A stretch of 64,000 bases of DNA, taken from the NCBI GenBank assembly GCA_046563655.1, contig CM102286.1, positions 11,718,001 through 11,782,000 of the forward strand, given 5' to 3'. Below, piece by piece: positions 31,744 to 46,000 of the stretch. The translations under genes were made by a program, and so were the position numbers. Positions within the stretch are counted from its first letter, which is position 1. Every line of letters starts with the position of its first letter. The notes below the pieces were generated by a model. That model searched no databases. It was not told where the DNA came from and saw only the letters and a list, made by a program, of their open reading frames with translations. This DNA is from Yuukianura sp. NJ FZ-2021. Its lineage: Eukaryota.

Positions 31744-33255
31744 TTAGAGCAATCTCTTCAATCTGTCAAAGCCGCAATTTGCGAAGATGCCATTCTGACA
31801 ACCATTGACTATTCAAAACACAGATCATGTGAGGGTTCTACCACTGGTTTAGGTGCAGCTCGTGTTCAAGAACACAAAGGAAAAGAAAAACCAATTGTTC
31901 GTCAGTAAGATTTTGAAAAAGTATGGAAGAAGGGCCAATTTATGTGACAAGGAGCTTTACCCAATTATTTTTGTTTGCGCAAGTTCCGGGAATTCTTAAT
32001 ATCATATTGCTTTCTCGTAGAAACTGATACTCACACATGCCAAAAATATTGACTAAAAACCAGCGAAATATTTAAATAAGTACAATATTTACTTAAAGAG
32101 CTCAAATTCGTTAAATTCGTTAAAAAAATGTTAAATTTGTAGAAATTCACTTCACTACCTATTTAGGAAACCTGGCCAAAAAAAGTAAATTTTTAACTTT
32201 AAACTTTACATTTTCCCTCTATTCATGTATTTTCGAGAATTTTGGGGTGCGTCTTATACGCGAGAGCGTCTTATCTGCGAGAAAATAGTAGATCGTTTTT
32301 TCAATCTCATTTCACATTGTCGTTTGCGATATTTATAATACTTACAGCATTTCTTTTTAAAATGGACGAAAATGCCTTCATTCAAAACTTACGCTTGTAC
32401 TTAGACTGCTAAAATGATCTGGGTAACTGAAGTTTGAATATTCCATAAAAGTAAATGGGAAAAGATCACCGAGGGGAATGAAAAAAGGAAACCACAAACT
32501 AGAAACTCAACGAAGCCAAAAAAATAATCCTGAAACTCTAACAGCAGAAAGTTTTCATTGTGGTGAAAGCATGAAGCAAGGAGAGAAAAAATTCTCTCGC
32601 CAAAATTCTTTTCTTCAATTGAATTTTATCCGTTTTCGTCACGGACGACGGGGGAAGCACAATAACTGAGTAATTTCTCATTGTCACAAAACTTAAGTTT
32701 ATAAACGTCTGTAGCTCTAATTTTTTTAGCCGTAAATTACTCCGTGGTGGATGAGCTTATTAGAAGTACTAATAAAACTCCATTTTGGAAACAATTTTGA
32801 AACAGCACGATACTTTTTCCAAAATTAAGAAAAAAGTTAATAATATAGTTCCTGCATTTCAAGTTTATTATATTTTTTTTGGAAAGCCCTAGAAATTCCA
32901 CTTCAACTTGGAGAGCATAGGTTGCAAAATTGATTTTCAAACCTTCACTTTCCGAATGGAGAAAACGTGAAGCAAGAGCGTTCTCTAGTTTTAGAAAAAT
33001 AGTTTCATTTTGGAAAACAAAATTTTGGTGAAACTGCAGCCTGAAACGTAAGCATCGGCACAAGACATTCACAATTTACAAACGTGCGAAACGTTTTGTA
33101 CGTGAATCTTTCAAGTAATTTTTGGAGTGACATTTTGGCTGTGTTCCTATTAACAAAACAGGAGCTTTGTTATTATTAGGAACCAGATCACACACATTTT
33201 GAAACAAAGGAATCCATTATCCTGTCTCCATCCGGATCATCATCTTCCGCTTGAG

Positions 33256-35581
33256 TCATAAACTATGTATGACTGGTTTCTTGTAGCCACAGCCACACAA
33301 TTCCTCATCTGTGATGGATGAACAGAACAACATATAGTGATCATTGTTTATTTAACATAACCCGCAATACTCGATTACGTTTACACAACGTGGTGTTGAG
33401 CATCACCCTTCGGCAAACTAACAGAAAGTTCGGAAAAGCTTTTTCAAAAATTGCCTTCTGTACCATAATTTTGGCACCGCAATTTTTGGACAATGTTAAA
33501 ACATGCCGCCCTGCTGTCATGGTTTGTAAAAGTTCCTGGAGGCAAGTCGACGAAATTGGCAACCAAGGTTTGTTGAATTTGATCTTCTTTAACAGGTTGG
33601 GTAATACCTCACGTTTTTTTTTTGAATTTGAAAAAAAGTGTTCTTTCAATTCAGGGCATCGTAGTAAAAACAATACAGCCAAACTTTTAAAACTTTGCAT
33701 ACGCATCGGTAGCAATTTTTCGGGTTGGTACTAACATTGATACCAATTTTTGTTTTTGTTTTTCTTTATTTTTCTGTCAACAAGCGAGGTAGTACTCAAC
33801 CTGTTAAAGAAAATCTTTTCGATGCCAAAGAACTTTGTTGGCAACAGTTAAATATTTATTTCACCAAAATGTTATGTTTGGAAACACAACCCAGCCGTGG
33901 TCAACGCATCAACGACTTAAAATGATTTAGGGTAAAAAATATTTTTAGTATTCGTAACCAGGCATTAACGGACGGTCACTAACGGCCCGGTATACTAACG
34001 GACGGTCACGAACGGACGGTCACTAACGGACGTTCACTAACGGACAGTCACAAACGGACGGTCACTAACGGACGGTCACCAATGGACGTTCACCAACGGA
34101 CGGGCACTAACGGACGGTCACTACCGGACGGTCACCAATGGACACGTACTCTAACGGACACTTGCTCTAATGGACGGTCACTAATGGACATTCGCACCTT
34201 GGTTCAGACAATGAAAATTTTCAGATTCTTGAAGCACAGTAACAATGAAATCAGCACTGAAATCGAGTTGACAACATTATTTACTGATTAATTCAGTAAA
34301 TATGGTTTTAGTTTCCCGCGCCGAAGGCGCGGTGTTAGGTTATTTAAATCGGCAATAGTGATTAGGTTATAGGTTAGGTTGATTATAGGTTAGGTTATTG
34401 CTGCCAGGTTAGGTTAGGTTCAAAAATCAGTTAATTTTCAGTGCTTGAAGCAACCACCCTAACCCTGTGCCAATGTCCATTAGTGACCGTCCATTAGAGT
34501 AAGTTTCCGTTAGAGTACGTGTCCATTGGTGACCGTCCGGTAGTGAACGTCCGTTAGTGCCCGTCCGTTGGTGAACGTCCATTGGTGACCGTCCGTTAGT
34601 GACCGTCCGTTGGTGAACGTCCATTGGTGACCGTCCGTTAGTGACCGTCCGTTTGTGACCGTCCGTTAGTGAACGTCCATTGGTGACCGTCCGATAGTGA
34701 CCGTCCGTTAGTATATCGGGCCGTTAGTAACCGTCCGTTCGAGTCCGGGAATCTTAGTATTTAGCAACAAAAATAATGCTATTGGAGTATATCTTACTTT
34801 CAAGTGTGTAGCCCATAGTCAAGATGAAGTTGCTCGGTCTCTGTGATGTTTCAATTGGAGTTGACCTGTGACCTCTGACACCGCGGGTGACATTCGACTG
34901 AATCAAAAGTTCATCAATCACCAGTGAGAAAAGCAGAGACCTTGCTTCCGGTTTATAGAAGTTCTCAACAACAGACTCGGTAGAGTACCATTGCATCAGA
35001 ACTGGTAGTACATCTACTTGGATACTCCGGTGACCTCCATTTTGACATTTGTATTTCAGTGGAATGATTTCCGGATTGAGCGGAATCAACTGTTCGGTGG
35101 TTATGCCTTCACAAGACATAGACATCATTGATTTGCACTGTCGTTTTGATCGTTTCTCCTTGAGTGATTTGGTAGTGGTTGAAGTCAATTTGTGATGACG
35201 CAAATTTTGAAACATTGTGTTCCACATGGGGCCCATTACATTTGAATTAATTAAACTGGAATTGTGATTCATTTCCTCTGAAGCGGCACAACGGAACTCA
35301 GAGTGCTCGTCAAAGTCTAGCGTCAAATTTGCATAAATGAGGTGGTTGTCGGGGTGAAAGTAGAGGAACGCATCATCGACTCTGAGCACCATGGCGACCG
35401 ACCTCTTCTGATTATCGTAAGTGTCCACTTCTGATTCGAAGAATAGATGAACAGATAGATTAACTTTACGTATCTGATGTGAAGTGGTTGATTCAACAGG
35501 TTTCTGGGGTGAAACAAATTGAAGAGAAAGCAACAGGTAGAGCAAAAAGAAATTCTTTACAAAAAGCTTTCTGTTAATCAT
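33256..35581 (-). CDS. Orphan secreted protein with weak TGF-beta-prodomain-like motifs; exon 34798-35581 plus a possible short last exon 33256-33308 (unspliced ORF stops at 34754)
   Basis: A ~0.8-kb ORF in AT-rich DNA with a hydrophobic signal peptide (FFLLYLLLSLQFVSP). A GTAAG donor at 34797 is in phase with an acceptor at 33309, giving ...TLE-NEELCGCGYKKPVIHSL*. Confidence 0.45.
33953..34753. mobile_element. Foldback-type non-autonomous DNA element with inverted arrays of a 15-bp unit
   Basis: Tandem AACGGACGGTCACT(A) at ~33965-34190 and its reverse complement at ~34470-34740. Central CCGCGCCGAAGGCGCGG hairpin and (TTAGG)n. Flanking direct repeat TTAGTATT at 33945-33952 and 34754-34761. 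Confidence 0.7.
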
Positions 35582-37992
35582 TTTTATAACAGTATAATAC
35601 AAGTTTCAAACAAATATTGTGCAAATTCTAGCCTAAAAGTTTCCAAGAAGTTAAAAAACTTGTCAAAGAATTAAAATTTTAAAAGTTTTCATTCAAAAAG
35701 AGTTTCAGGTTTCCAAAAGATGAACCACTTTCACTAAATGTTGCACTTAAGTAAGTAAGTGCTATAAGTACTCAACTTTTGTTGAAATTAATTGGGACGA
35801 TGTTGAATTATTCACGAAAATTTGAAATATAGAAAATCACAAATTACAATTCTAGAAAACAGTCATTCCAGAAACAGGTTTTCACTAAAACCACAAAACT
35901 TTTTGAAAATGATGATGATGATGATATCAAGCCGAAGTGCTTGAAACCAAAACTTTCCTTGGTTTCCACTTTCACTTTTTGAAAATTTTGAGAGCCCTTA
36001 AGGGCTTCCTCTATGGATCCCTGACAACTAAAAGTTAATTTTGTTTAACTTTGCAGAAAACCAAAGTCAACACACCTTGGTTTCAACTCTTTATGTCTTT
36101 GTAAAACTCCAATTGCCTTCCAACAATCTGCTTTCTCTTCTTTCCTCAACAATGAAATTTAATTTAAATTGAAAGTGTAATCGAGATTCTTCTGCTTCTA
36201 CTGTCCTTGGTCGGCCGGTTTACTTGAGAGACAAGTCGAGAATGAAATGAATTTAAACCTGACTTTCACCACACGCTTTTCCACATCATCCGAACAACCG
36301 CCTTGGAAGCCTCCTTTTTACACTTTCGGAAGCACTGAAACCATGCTTCCATGGTTTGATTCCTACACAAAGCAGAGAGCATAGGGTTCAGATCACGGTT
36401 TTCTTGAAGCGACGGCGGCGGGGTGTAGAAAGCGGCTACACGTTTCTTTTGGCATGGCGCAAGAAACTGGGACGTGATGTCTAGATGAACTTTTCCTGTA
36501 AGGTTTATAACATTAATACAACTTGACAGAGCTGAAATTGCAGAAGGAATGGAAGCGTTTCTTTTAAGTCCAATCAAACGGACTCTATTTTGTATAGCTA
36601 TAACGACGATTTCTGTTCAAATCCTTCAGCAACCTACATAATACGTCATCTCCAAGATACAATTACACACATTTTATAGAATTGTAATTCAATACACAGT
36701 CACAAGCGTCATACAGTTCCTTGTTGAAATTCAAAACAAGCGTAGGTAAAGTCAATAGCTCCAATGATCGACATTGCTATTTACTATTTGAAAAGTCGGT
36801 GAAAGGTGGCAAAACTGATTGGAAAACATTTTTTTACACTTGATTCATTCCTAGCACGGGTAACTTACGACTTCAAAACTTGAAAAACGTAGGAAGTTCG
36901 AAAATTGCCGAATTCTCGCCATATTTCTGAACGCCATAAATTTGTACAGTCGACAGTGCGGACGTTTTACTGAAGCTAAAATTTTGTTCAGTTTTCCCAG
37001 TTTTTAAGCTTAAAACATTCTAAAAGAAAAATGCTTCATGTAATGATAAAAATCAAATCAAAATTTAAAACGAAACTTAAAAAAAAACTCCACAAGACTA
37101 TACGTATGTTGGCTTCTGTTTTTCTTTTACTCCCACCGACTTGAGCTGCAAAACAAAGAAAGATTTTTTAAAAATGGTCCACTGAGAGCTACTCATTTGA
37201 AACGTTTTATGGGAGAAAGGAGGAAAAAATACTTCATTTCCCAGGAGCGGCTTTACAGTAGTGAGGACTTAGCACTTAAAAACGCTTCTAGACACGATAC
37301 GAGTTATTGCACAACATCAAAGGAAACAAAGTGAAAATTAATCCCATCATTCACGCATAGGACGCACTCAAACTGTAGAAGTAGGCGTTTATGCGCATGA
37401 ACGCCGACATTTAAGCATAAATATAAATGCAATCGCTAAATTATAAGTTGTTCAGCATGGGCTCGGAAAATTTAATTTTCTAAATATTTTTTTACTTACA
37501 ACTTTTAATTTATAGTTAATACAAAAATTGTGATTTGAATGGAAAACGAATGGATATTTTTCTACGGCGGGAGTCAATCCCACAGGTATAAATAAAAATT
37601 TTAAAATTAACAAAACATGATTTACATGATAAAAAGTGAAAAGGCCAACGACATGCCCCAAACTTGAACTTTGGCACATTTCATCTGCTATGGAAATGTA
37701 ACCATCGTCATTGGTTTTAACCTTGTCATCAAAGTTCATTTATAATCCCAACTTTCTTCTGTAGATCAAGGCTGAATTCCTGTCCGTGGGTGGTAAAACA
37801 CAAGAGACAGGGAAAGTTATAAAACTTTCCTTTGTCTTATTAACATTCTCGTGCTACAGTGGATCAAAAGTGTGTCACAAAATATTAATTACTTTTTTGT
37901 AACTTTAATACCAAGAGAATACAGAAGTAACTTTTCACTAATTAAGCTTTATAAATAGAAAAAAACTAAAACTATTGGGAGTGTTTTGGATT

Positions 37993-40900
37993 TCAACGGC
38001 TTCGGCTCCGACTTCGACGTCTACGACTCTTTTCCTTTTCCCGCCTTCGTGAAACTGGAGGACTTCCAGGTTTCGGCAATGGTGACACACGTCGACGGCG
38101 CTTAGATTCCTCCTCTCCCCTTTGCGGAGTTGGAGGACTTCCGGATCTGCGTAGTGATGATGAACGCCGTCGACGACTCTTCGTTTCCTCTCCAAGCCTC
38201 CGTGGAGGACTTTCAGATTTGCGAATGGATGGTGAGGGTGACCTGCGTCGACGACTCTTTGATGCCTCAGGATTTCTTCGTGGAGGAGTTTGGGATTTTT
38301 GCAGCGATGGAGATCGGCGGCGACGACTCTCCGTTTTCTCCGTATCTCTTCTTGGAGGACTTTCTGATTTACGAGGTGACGGTGATTGGCGTCGACGACT
38401 CTTCGTTTTCTCCATATCTCTTCTTGGAGGACTTTCCAATTGACGTGGTGACGGTGATCGGCGTCGACGACGCTTCGGTTCCTCCACATTCCTTTGCTGA
38501 GGACTTTGAGATTTCGGTGGTGATGGTGAAAGACGTCGACGACGACTCCTCTCCGCCTCCCTTCCTGGAGGAGTTTCAGGTTTGGGCAATGATGGAGATC
38601 GGCGTCGACGACTCTTCGTTTCCTCCGTAACCCTTCTCGGAGGACTTTGCGATTTCGCTGGAGATGGCGACCGGTGACGACGACGACTCTTTTCCTCCAT
38701 ATCCCTTCTTGGAGGACTTTCCGATTTCGCTGGAGATGGTGACCGGTGACGACGACGATTCCTTTGCTCCATATCCCTTCTTGGAGGACTTTCCGATTTC
38801 GCTGGAGATGGTGACCGGTGACGACGACGACTCCTTTCCTCCATATCCCTTCTTAGAGGACTTTCGGATTTACGAATGGATGGTGATGGTGAACGGCGTC
38901 TCCTTTCCTCTCGCAATGCTGTAGGACTTTCCGCTTTTGGCAATGATGGTGACCGGCGTCGACGTTTCGTTTCCTCATGTTGCCTTTGCTGTGCCGTCTC
39001 GAAGTCTGCTGAATGTTGCCGATTTCTTCGGCGTCGCCGTTCTTGTACGTCCCGAAAGGGTTGCGTGGCTAGCCTACGATAAGAAATAATATTATCCACT
39101 ACAGGGTGCAAAAAAAGTTTGGGAGACTGACAAATAAGTTGGCAAAGAAAATTAAAGACTATTGTGGACAGGAACCTGTTAGACAGGTCTTTCCTTGTTA
39201 GAAATTCTTAATTTAAAAAAGTTTTTAAACTTTTAATTATTCAACTATTTGTTAACACAGAACTAAACTTTTTCGAACCTGCTAAGCCTTTCTCCGATTT
39301 CGCCTTCTTCACTTGGTTCGCGTCTTTCTCGCTTCACTTTGACAGCTTTCTTTTTACCGGCAGCTTTTTTGACTCGTTTAGAACTTTTCTTCTTCTTGCG
39401 AGGCGGACTGTCTGCACTGCTTGAAGAATCAGAAGAGTCAGATGACGAAGAAGAATCCGACGAGGACGATGAACTCGAACTAGAACTGGAACTACTAGAA
39501 CTTGATTCTGAAGATTCCGTTTCCGCATTGCCCGGTGTAGTTTGCGGAGCAATCATGGCCATTGGTTTTGGATGACGTTTCAAATGCTCCCGAAGCTCGT
39601 CACTGAAAAAATTAAGCCGTTATAATACTTCCTAAATTCGTGGTCCTTTCCTATACTTTTAAATAAAACTTACGTGAGTCCTCCCAAACCAATAGAGGTG
39701 AAGAAATTAATAGCAAAACGAGTATTCTTTGGATGATCTCTCGGGAACAGTCCTTCGAAACAGTGTACTAAAGTTGAATCGTTGAGACGATTATTCAGTT
39801 TTTGCAACCCCATGTATTCCGAGAGTTCCTAAAGTTAGATAAGGTCTCAGTAGCATCTCAAAGTGTCATGTTAAAGCCTTTTAACATTTCTTTAATGTCG
39901 TGAAATTTTTTAATGTCTGTTACCTGGAACAATATTTTGATGAAAATACGACTGGAACTTGTTGTATCCTCTTCTGTAAGGCGTAAAGTTGTTAACACCG
40001 TCCAGGAAATCGAGTCAGTAAAAAGAAGATGTGCGAAAAACTTTGAGACATTTCTCAACTTGTTCGTATCCAACCGATGAACTACACAAAAAATGTGTCA
40101 TTTATGACAGTGTACCAAACAATCAGTGAAGTCTGATAGATTGTCCTACCTGTTTCGTAAGTTTCTTTGAAAATTGTTTCAAATGGTGTAACGTAGATTC
40201 GATTGATAGCACAAAATCGACCAGCCATCAACCCGAAGAATTTCTCATAGGTACGTTGTTGTGCACAGCAGTCAAGGATCATGTGACACAGCTCCACTTC
40301 TTGCCCCTCCTTCATGTTCATTTTGAGTAACTTGTGGCAACACTCCTCGTAGTCCAATGACGATTGAATTGTCAAATAAATAGTTCGCCTCAACGCAACC
40401 TACAAGTAAATCAAATGAAAACAAATTAGTCATCTATCAAAAGAAAGTCTCAACTGATGATACCAGTAGTAGTCAAGTACCAAGTTAGTTTCAGTTTTGT
40501 CGATGATTTGCGAGTTTTCTTGGCCTCCTTCCTCATTTTCGTCCTCGTCTTCGGCTTCTTCTTCATCCTCATCCTCATCCGCATCATCCCCTTCGTCTTC
40601 TGATTCGTCTAAAATTTCCTTTCTCAAGGCTGCATACTTCTCCTCACTAGCGAGATAATCCGGATCCGACTTGAAAACATCTAGAAAAATTCAGAACGCA
40701 AGTTGTATTTTCATTAGTGCCAATGCCAAAAGACGAATTTATTTAAAAAAAATTCACTTACTGAGTATCTCTTGAGCTTCTGTAGCATCATCTAGTGTTA
40801 CCAGATGAGTAAATTGGTCTGTCTCTTCTACCAGATCACAGCCTTCAGCAAGAGATGGAAAATCTTTGAATTTGTCCTTCCTCACCTGACGAAATAAAAG

Positions 40901-41704
40901 AATTATTTTAGTATAGTTTAGTTATAGTTAACGTAGACAAGATTGACATCCGGCAGCATACCTGAAACATAACTTCAATCATGTACTGAACACGTTTGTC
41001 CAGGTGAGCCTCATGAAGAACGTGGCGAAGTCTTTCAAAAATAGCATGAGCTCCTTTCGGTGACACATCTTCCAGCCGGGCTCCGACTTCTTTCAAGAAT
41101 CCTATTGCAACTTCTACTGAATCTTCAGTGGGATGCTCCAAGAGCAAGGTAAGGATTTCCAGTGCTAAAACTTCGTGTGCTACTTGCTGATTGACAAGGT
41201 GAGCAATAAACTTTGCTGCGGCCATGCAAGAAGGCTTGTCATTTCGTTTGTACCCTCTGCGAAATTGAATAATAAGCCTCTTCAACAACAGTTCGCCAAT
41301 ATTCGGAAACTTCGTGTTCACAACTGAAATCAGAGCAGCATAAACGCTCGTGAAGGTTGGCGATACGGACTGCGCAGTCATAAGCGAACGACAGAGTAAC
41401 CCCGACCTCTGACCAAGTTGTGCTTGAATAGTTGACGCACTATAGTCTGTAAAACAGAATTTATTAAGTCAAAAAATCATCAGCAATAATAAGGAAGTTA
41501 TTAATTGGCCGAAATTTGTTTACTTACTGTAATATTGGAAGTATTTATCTTGTTGATGAGACCGTTGATAGATTTCTTCAAAGCCTCCCATGCAAGACGC
41601 TGATATGCCGTGCTTGATTTACCTTCAATTCCTTGCTGGAGCATACGCAGCTTTGCTGGCGGAATATAAGCCCCACCAGTCTTTGTATTTAGTGAGTCCC
41701 CCAT
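37993..41704 (-). CDS. CWC22: Pre-mRNA splicing factor CWC22 (MIF4G + MA3) with a long RS-repeat C-terminus; apparent 1-nt frameshift at ~41400
   Basis: [93 protein letters not shown] and [14 protein letters not shown] are CWC22/nucampholin motifs. Multi-exon. Confidence 0.93.
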
Positions 41705-43098
41705 TGTAGACTCGTACAGTACAACTTATGCCAACTAGGAAACCAAAAGACAATGTAAACAAATTACCCAATAACTCAATTACCCACTGAAGACTGAAGT
41801 ACGTCTAAGTAGAGTAAATCGTTACCTTATTGAATATACACTAAATACTTCGCCACAACAAATGACAATAATGACGATTCACGAAATGAATCCAAGTTTA
41901 ACAATCGAAGTAAGAACTATCCGGACGAAAACGTTACCGAATTTGATGACAATTTTAGTTTCAGCAGCTGAACTTAAAAAGAACGAATGAATTGGATTGA
42001 GGCGAAGAAGCTATCCTGGGTGCAGTAAACGTAACCTTCATCCATTGTAACCGCATTGTATAACAACTGACGCTATTTTTGTGCAGAGTCAGTAGTCACA
42101 ACGGATAGTTACTATCCACTTTAGTTATCCACTTTATAGTAGCCTTTGCTTTTTTCAAGTTATGTATTTACTGATTGTAACGACCCGGATTAAATACACG
42201 GTAGTTACAGAAAGGGCACAGTGGTTACACTCTGTGATTACAGTGACCAAATTTCGTAAATTTCGTATGAAATCCGTCAAGGAGATCCCCAATCCCATTA
42301 TTTTACCAAAACGCATCTGGGCAACCTAACATATTTTTTCAAAATTACTGCAGCTAAATAATTAGCTGCTAATACAATGTACTGTGTTAGCATATATTTT
42401 TGAACAATAAAACCGTTAAAAGCATAAACTTTAAGTTTTCTTACATGTAAGTTAACTTATTCAAAGATTGTCAGATTCGTAATAATTCATTTGACTTTCA
42501 GTGTATACTGCCCTTTCCTGGACGAAATTCAAAACAGAATTTAAAATAACATTAGTCCATGTGGATTTAAAAACGCCTAATATCCTGATTAATCAGATGA
42601 CGGCAACACAAACGCATCACCTAACGTCAAATCAATTAATTCTCCATTTTTAGCCTGTCGTGTTTTGGTTTCACTAAATTTTTATAAAAATCATTCACGT
42701 TCAATTGAGTGAGGTATGAGGTAATGCTCGTTCATAAAGTGTAGGAAATAAAGTGTAGGAGGTCGGCTTGCGTTGGGCTGCGTCCGCATCAACTCTCCGG
42801 GATATCATTTAAATTTCGGGTCTGCCGTTCTAGGGATTAGGCAAGAGTCTAAGTTTACTCCTTTATGCATTTTGTGAATCCTCTGTTTATGTGTTTCTGA
42901 TTTACGGACGCTTAATTCCCTTTTCCGCCGACTTGACCCGAGGTTGACCTTTGTCCGTGCGTTCTCTACTTCAGTACAAGTGGTTTGGTATCCGGTGCTG
43001 TTTGATCCAAATCCGTGTTGTATACGTAAGGTAAGGAAAGGGCGGAATAAGTTGAACCTAACCTGCCCCTTTTCTGTTATTCGAATTGTTCATGAATC

Positions 43099-46000
43099 AT
43101 GATCAAAAGCACAAAACCACAAAGGCTGGCAGTGGCACCAGCGTTTGCTAAAGATAAGAAACCAAGGGCATCATTCAAATCCAACGAAGGAAAGGTCCAG
43201 GAAAACTCTTCAAGAGTTTTGGTTAAAACTGAAGGGAAATGGTACGACGGCATTGCTGGATCGGAGGCAGATGCTCTTGTCCGGGTTAGTCGAAGTCAAC
43301 CAACTAGTAACTAGTCAGAATGAAAATTGATTGGAAACATTTCATCAATGAATTTGTATTGGCAGGAAATACAAGCTGGAGAAGGCGCGCCACTTACCAG
43401 AGATGAACTGTCATCGCTCATTGCCAAGGCAGAAAAGCTGCTGAATAATGATGTGGGAGCGTACAAAGCAGGTCAGACAAGTTACGAAATAATTTTAATT
43501 TCGTAGAAAGTATTTGTACTGATCATGTGTTCCCGATTTGGTATTTCCAGTAAGCATGAGAGGAGACAAACGTGGCGATTTTCTATGGATGGAAAAGATA
43601 ATGAAGACTGGTACACTTTCTGACAGAATGGCTGCATTCGCTGTTAAAATTCAAGATTCGCCTGTCCACAATCTAAACTGCTTGCAGCAACTGATTGGAA
43701 TGGTGAAGACCCATGGAAAGCAACAGTGCCTCACTAGCGCAGGTAACCGCTGTACGGTTAACGCATAAAATCCGTTTACATTTCTACAATTTACATCTTT
43801 TGCGTTTGATGCTAGATACGGCCAGAGACTTGTTTCTAGAAGATCTTTTGCCACCGAACAGGAAGCTGATTCCGTTTGAGCAAAGAGGAACGCTCCTTCG
43901 GTCTGCTGGAAATAAGCAACTTGTCATGTGGCTTTTCGAAGACAAGCTAAAGGGCCATTACCGTGATTTTATTGAAGCCCTACGACGGATGTCGTCAGAT
44001 ACAATTGACAAAATCAGAGGAAAGGGAATCTCTGTGATATACCAATTGCTTGAAGCTCATCCTGAACAGGAACATGTCAGTTTGTACTTTGCATTTTATC
44101 CAAATACGAAAATTGGTAAACATTTCCAATATTTTACTTTACAGATTCTGCTGCCGTTGATTGTAAACAAGTTGGGAGATCCTGTGAAGAAGGTGGCTTC
44201 TGGAGCTTTATTTCATTTGAACAAATTACTAGACAAGCATCCTCAGATGAAGGTCATTGTCGTCGATGAAGTGGAAAGGCTTCTGTTTAGGAATAACATT
44301 GGCAAACGAGCCCAATATTATGGCATTTGCTTCCTGAACAGCATTCGTGTTCTTGGGGATGAATCATCTGTTGCCAGCAAGTTGGTCAAAGTTTACTTGG
44401 CATTTTTCAAAGCATGCATCAAAACGGTGAGTTCATCGAAACTTCCGTTATAATTTTATGTTCAATTCTGTATAATTTTAAATAGGGTGAAATCGACAGT
44501 AAGATGATGAGTGGACTATTGAATGGAGTCAACAAGGCATTTTCGGTGGCAAGAGTAGTTGGATACGAATTCGGCGAAAGTGTGGATACACTCTACAACA
44601 TTATCCAGCTATCGCATTTCAACATTGGAGTGCAGGCTCTCGGACTCTTATTTCAAATTACTGAAGGAGACAAGAATGTAAACCAGGACAGGTGAGTATA
44701 AGTTGTCAATTGGCACTTGTATGTCGTTCGCATGTCTACTACTGTCAGCTTACCAGTTTTACATACTTTGATAACTTTTTTGTATCAGGTTTTATCGAGT
44801 CCTTTACCGACATCTTATGAGTCCAGAAGTGGCTACCACTTCCCATGCCATGCAGTTTCTCAACATTGTGTTCAAATCAATGAAACGAGATACCGTAACT
44901 AATCGTGTGATTGGTTTCACCAAAAGACTGTTACAGGTAATGTACATTACCTTTGCAATCAACTATATGTGCATATCAGTTCTATTGAGTAACTTTGGAA
45001 CGATTTTGTCTGTAGTTGTGCAACCATTTGCCACCAAACTTGGCTTGTGCTATCCTGTTCCTAATTTCCGAAGTTTCCAAGTCCCACAAAGGAATCATTA
45101 TTACCGGAGCTTCAATAAGTTCAGATGAAAATTCAGCGGAAAATTCCTATGAAGATCCCGAGGAAGAAGAACGACAAAAGCGTAACAAGAAAAAGTACTT
45201 GGCAAGTGTCGAGAAGCTAGCAAAAACGACCAACATCAAGTTTGATATCCAAGCTGTTGAGCCGGCCACTTTAGAAGTACCGGCAAGCAGTACCTGTGAT
45301 GATGAAGAGAAGAACACTGAACCAAAGGATGAAGAATCAGAAGAAGTTAAGGAAATTAAAGAAGAGAAGTATAAAGTTCTGAGTGACTATGACCCTATGG
45401 CTAGAAATCCAGCTTACTGTGGAGCCGAACTAACACTTGCCTATGAATTGACCATCTTAACTCAACACTTTCATCCGAGTGTCGCTCTCTTCAGTCAGTC
45501 ACTTCTTGACAGGCGGTATATAACCTACGATGGAAATCCTTTGAAGGATTTCACTGTTGGCAGATTTCTGGAAAGATTTGTATACCGGAACGCCAAGCAA
45601 AGGAAGGTAAGCAGCACATGACTTAAATTGTAAGTTTCGACCATGAAGCGCAGAAAAATCATGTTAACTTTGTATCTATTTTAGCATCCAGAATATCAAC
45701 CGCAAGGATTACGCAATGTTCCAGTGAATTCCAATGAGTATTTGGATACCGAGGAGAATAAAATTCCAATTGAAGAAAAATTCTTTTACAAGTAACCAGT
45801 TTTTGATTGTTATTCGGTGTATCAGTACATGCTGAATTTAACATTTGTTGATCTAGATTCTTCAAGGACAGGATAGCTGAAAAGAAGAAAAGCAGAACAA
45901 AGAAAAAGGATGACGAGGAAGTTCCCAGCGATGTCGAGAGCGTGGATGACGACGAATTTGATGAATTTATGGATAACTACTTCAAATCGAATAAAGAAAC

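Noticed and set aside
32240..32290. GCGTCTTATACGCGAG...GCGTCTTATCTGCGAGAAAATA, resembling a Tc1/pogo-type terminus
   Set aside because: No partner end or TSD was found; at most a solo fragment.
33965..34740. CRISPR-like appearance of the 15-bp arrays (also 12398-12633)
   Set aside because: The units are contiguous with no unique spacers, there are no cas genes, and the context is eukaryotic.
37938..39082. Overlapping alternative-frame and antisense ORFs over the CWC22 RS exon
   Set aside because: By-products of a repetitive, stop-poor coding sequence.
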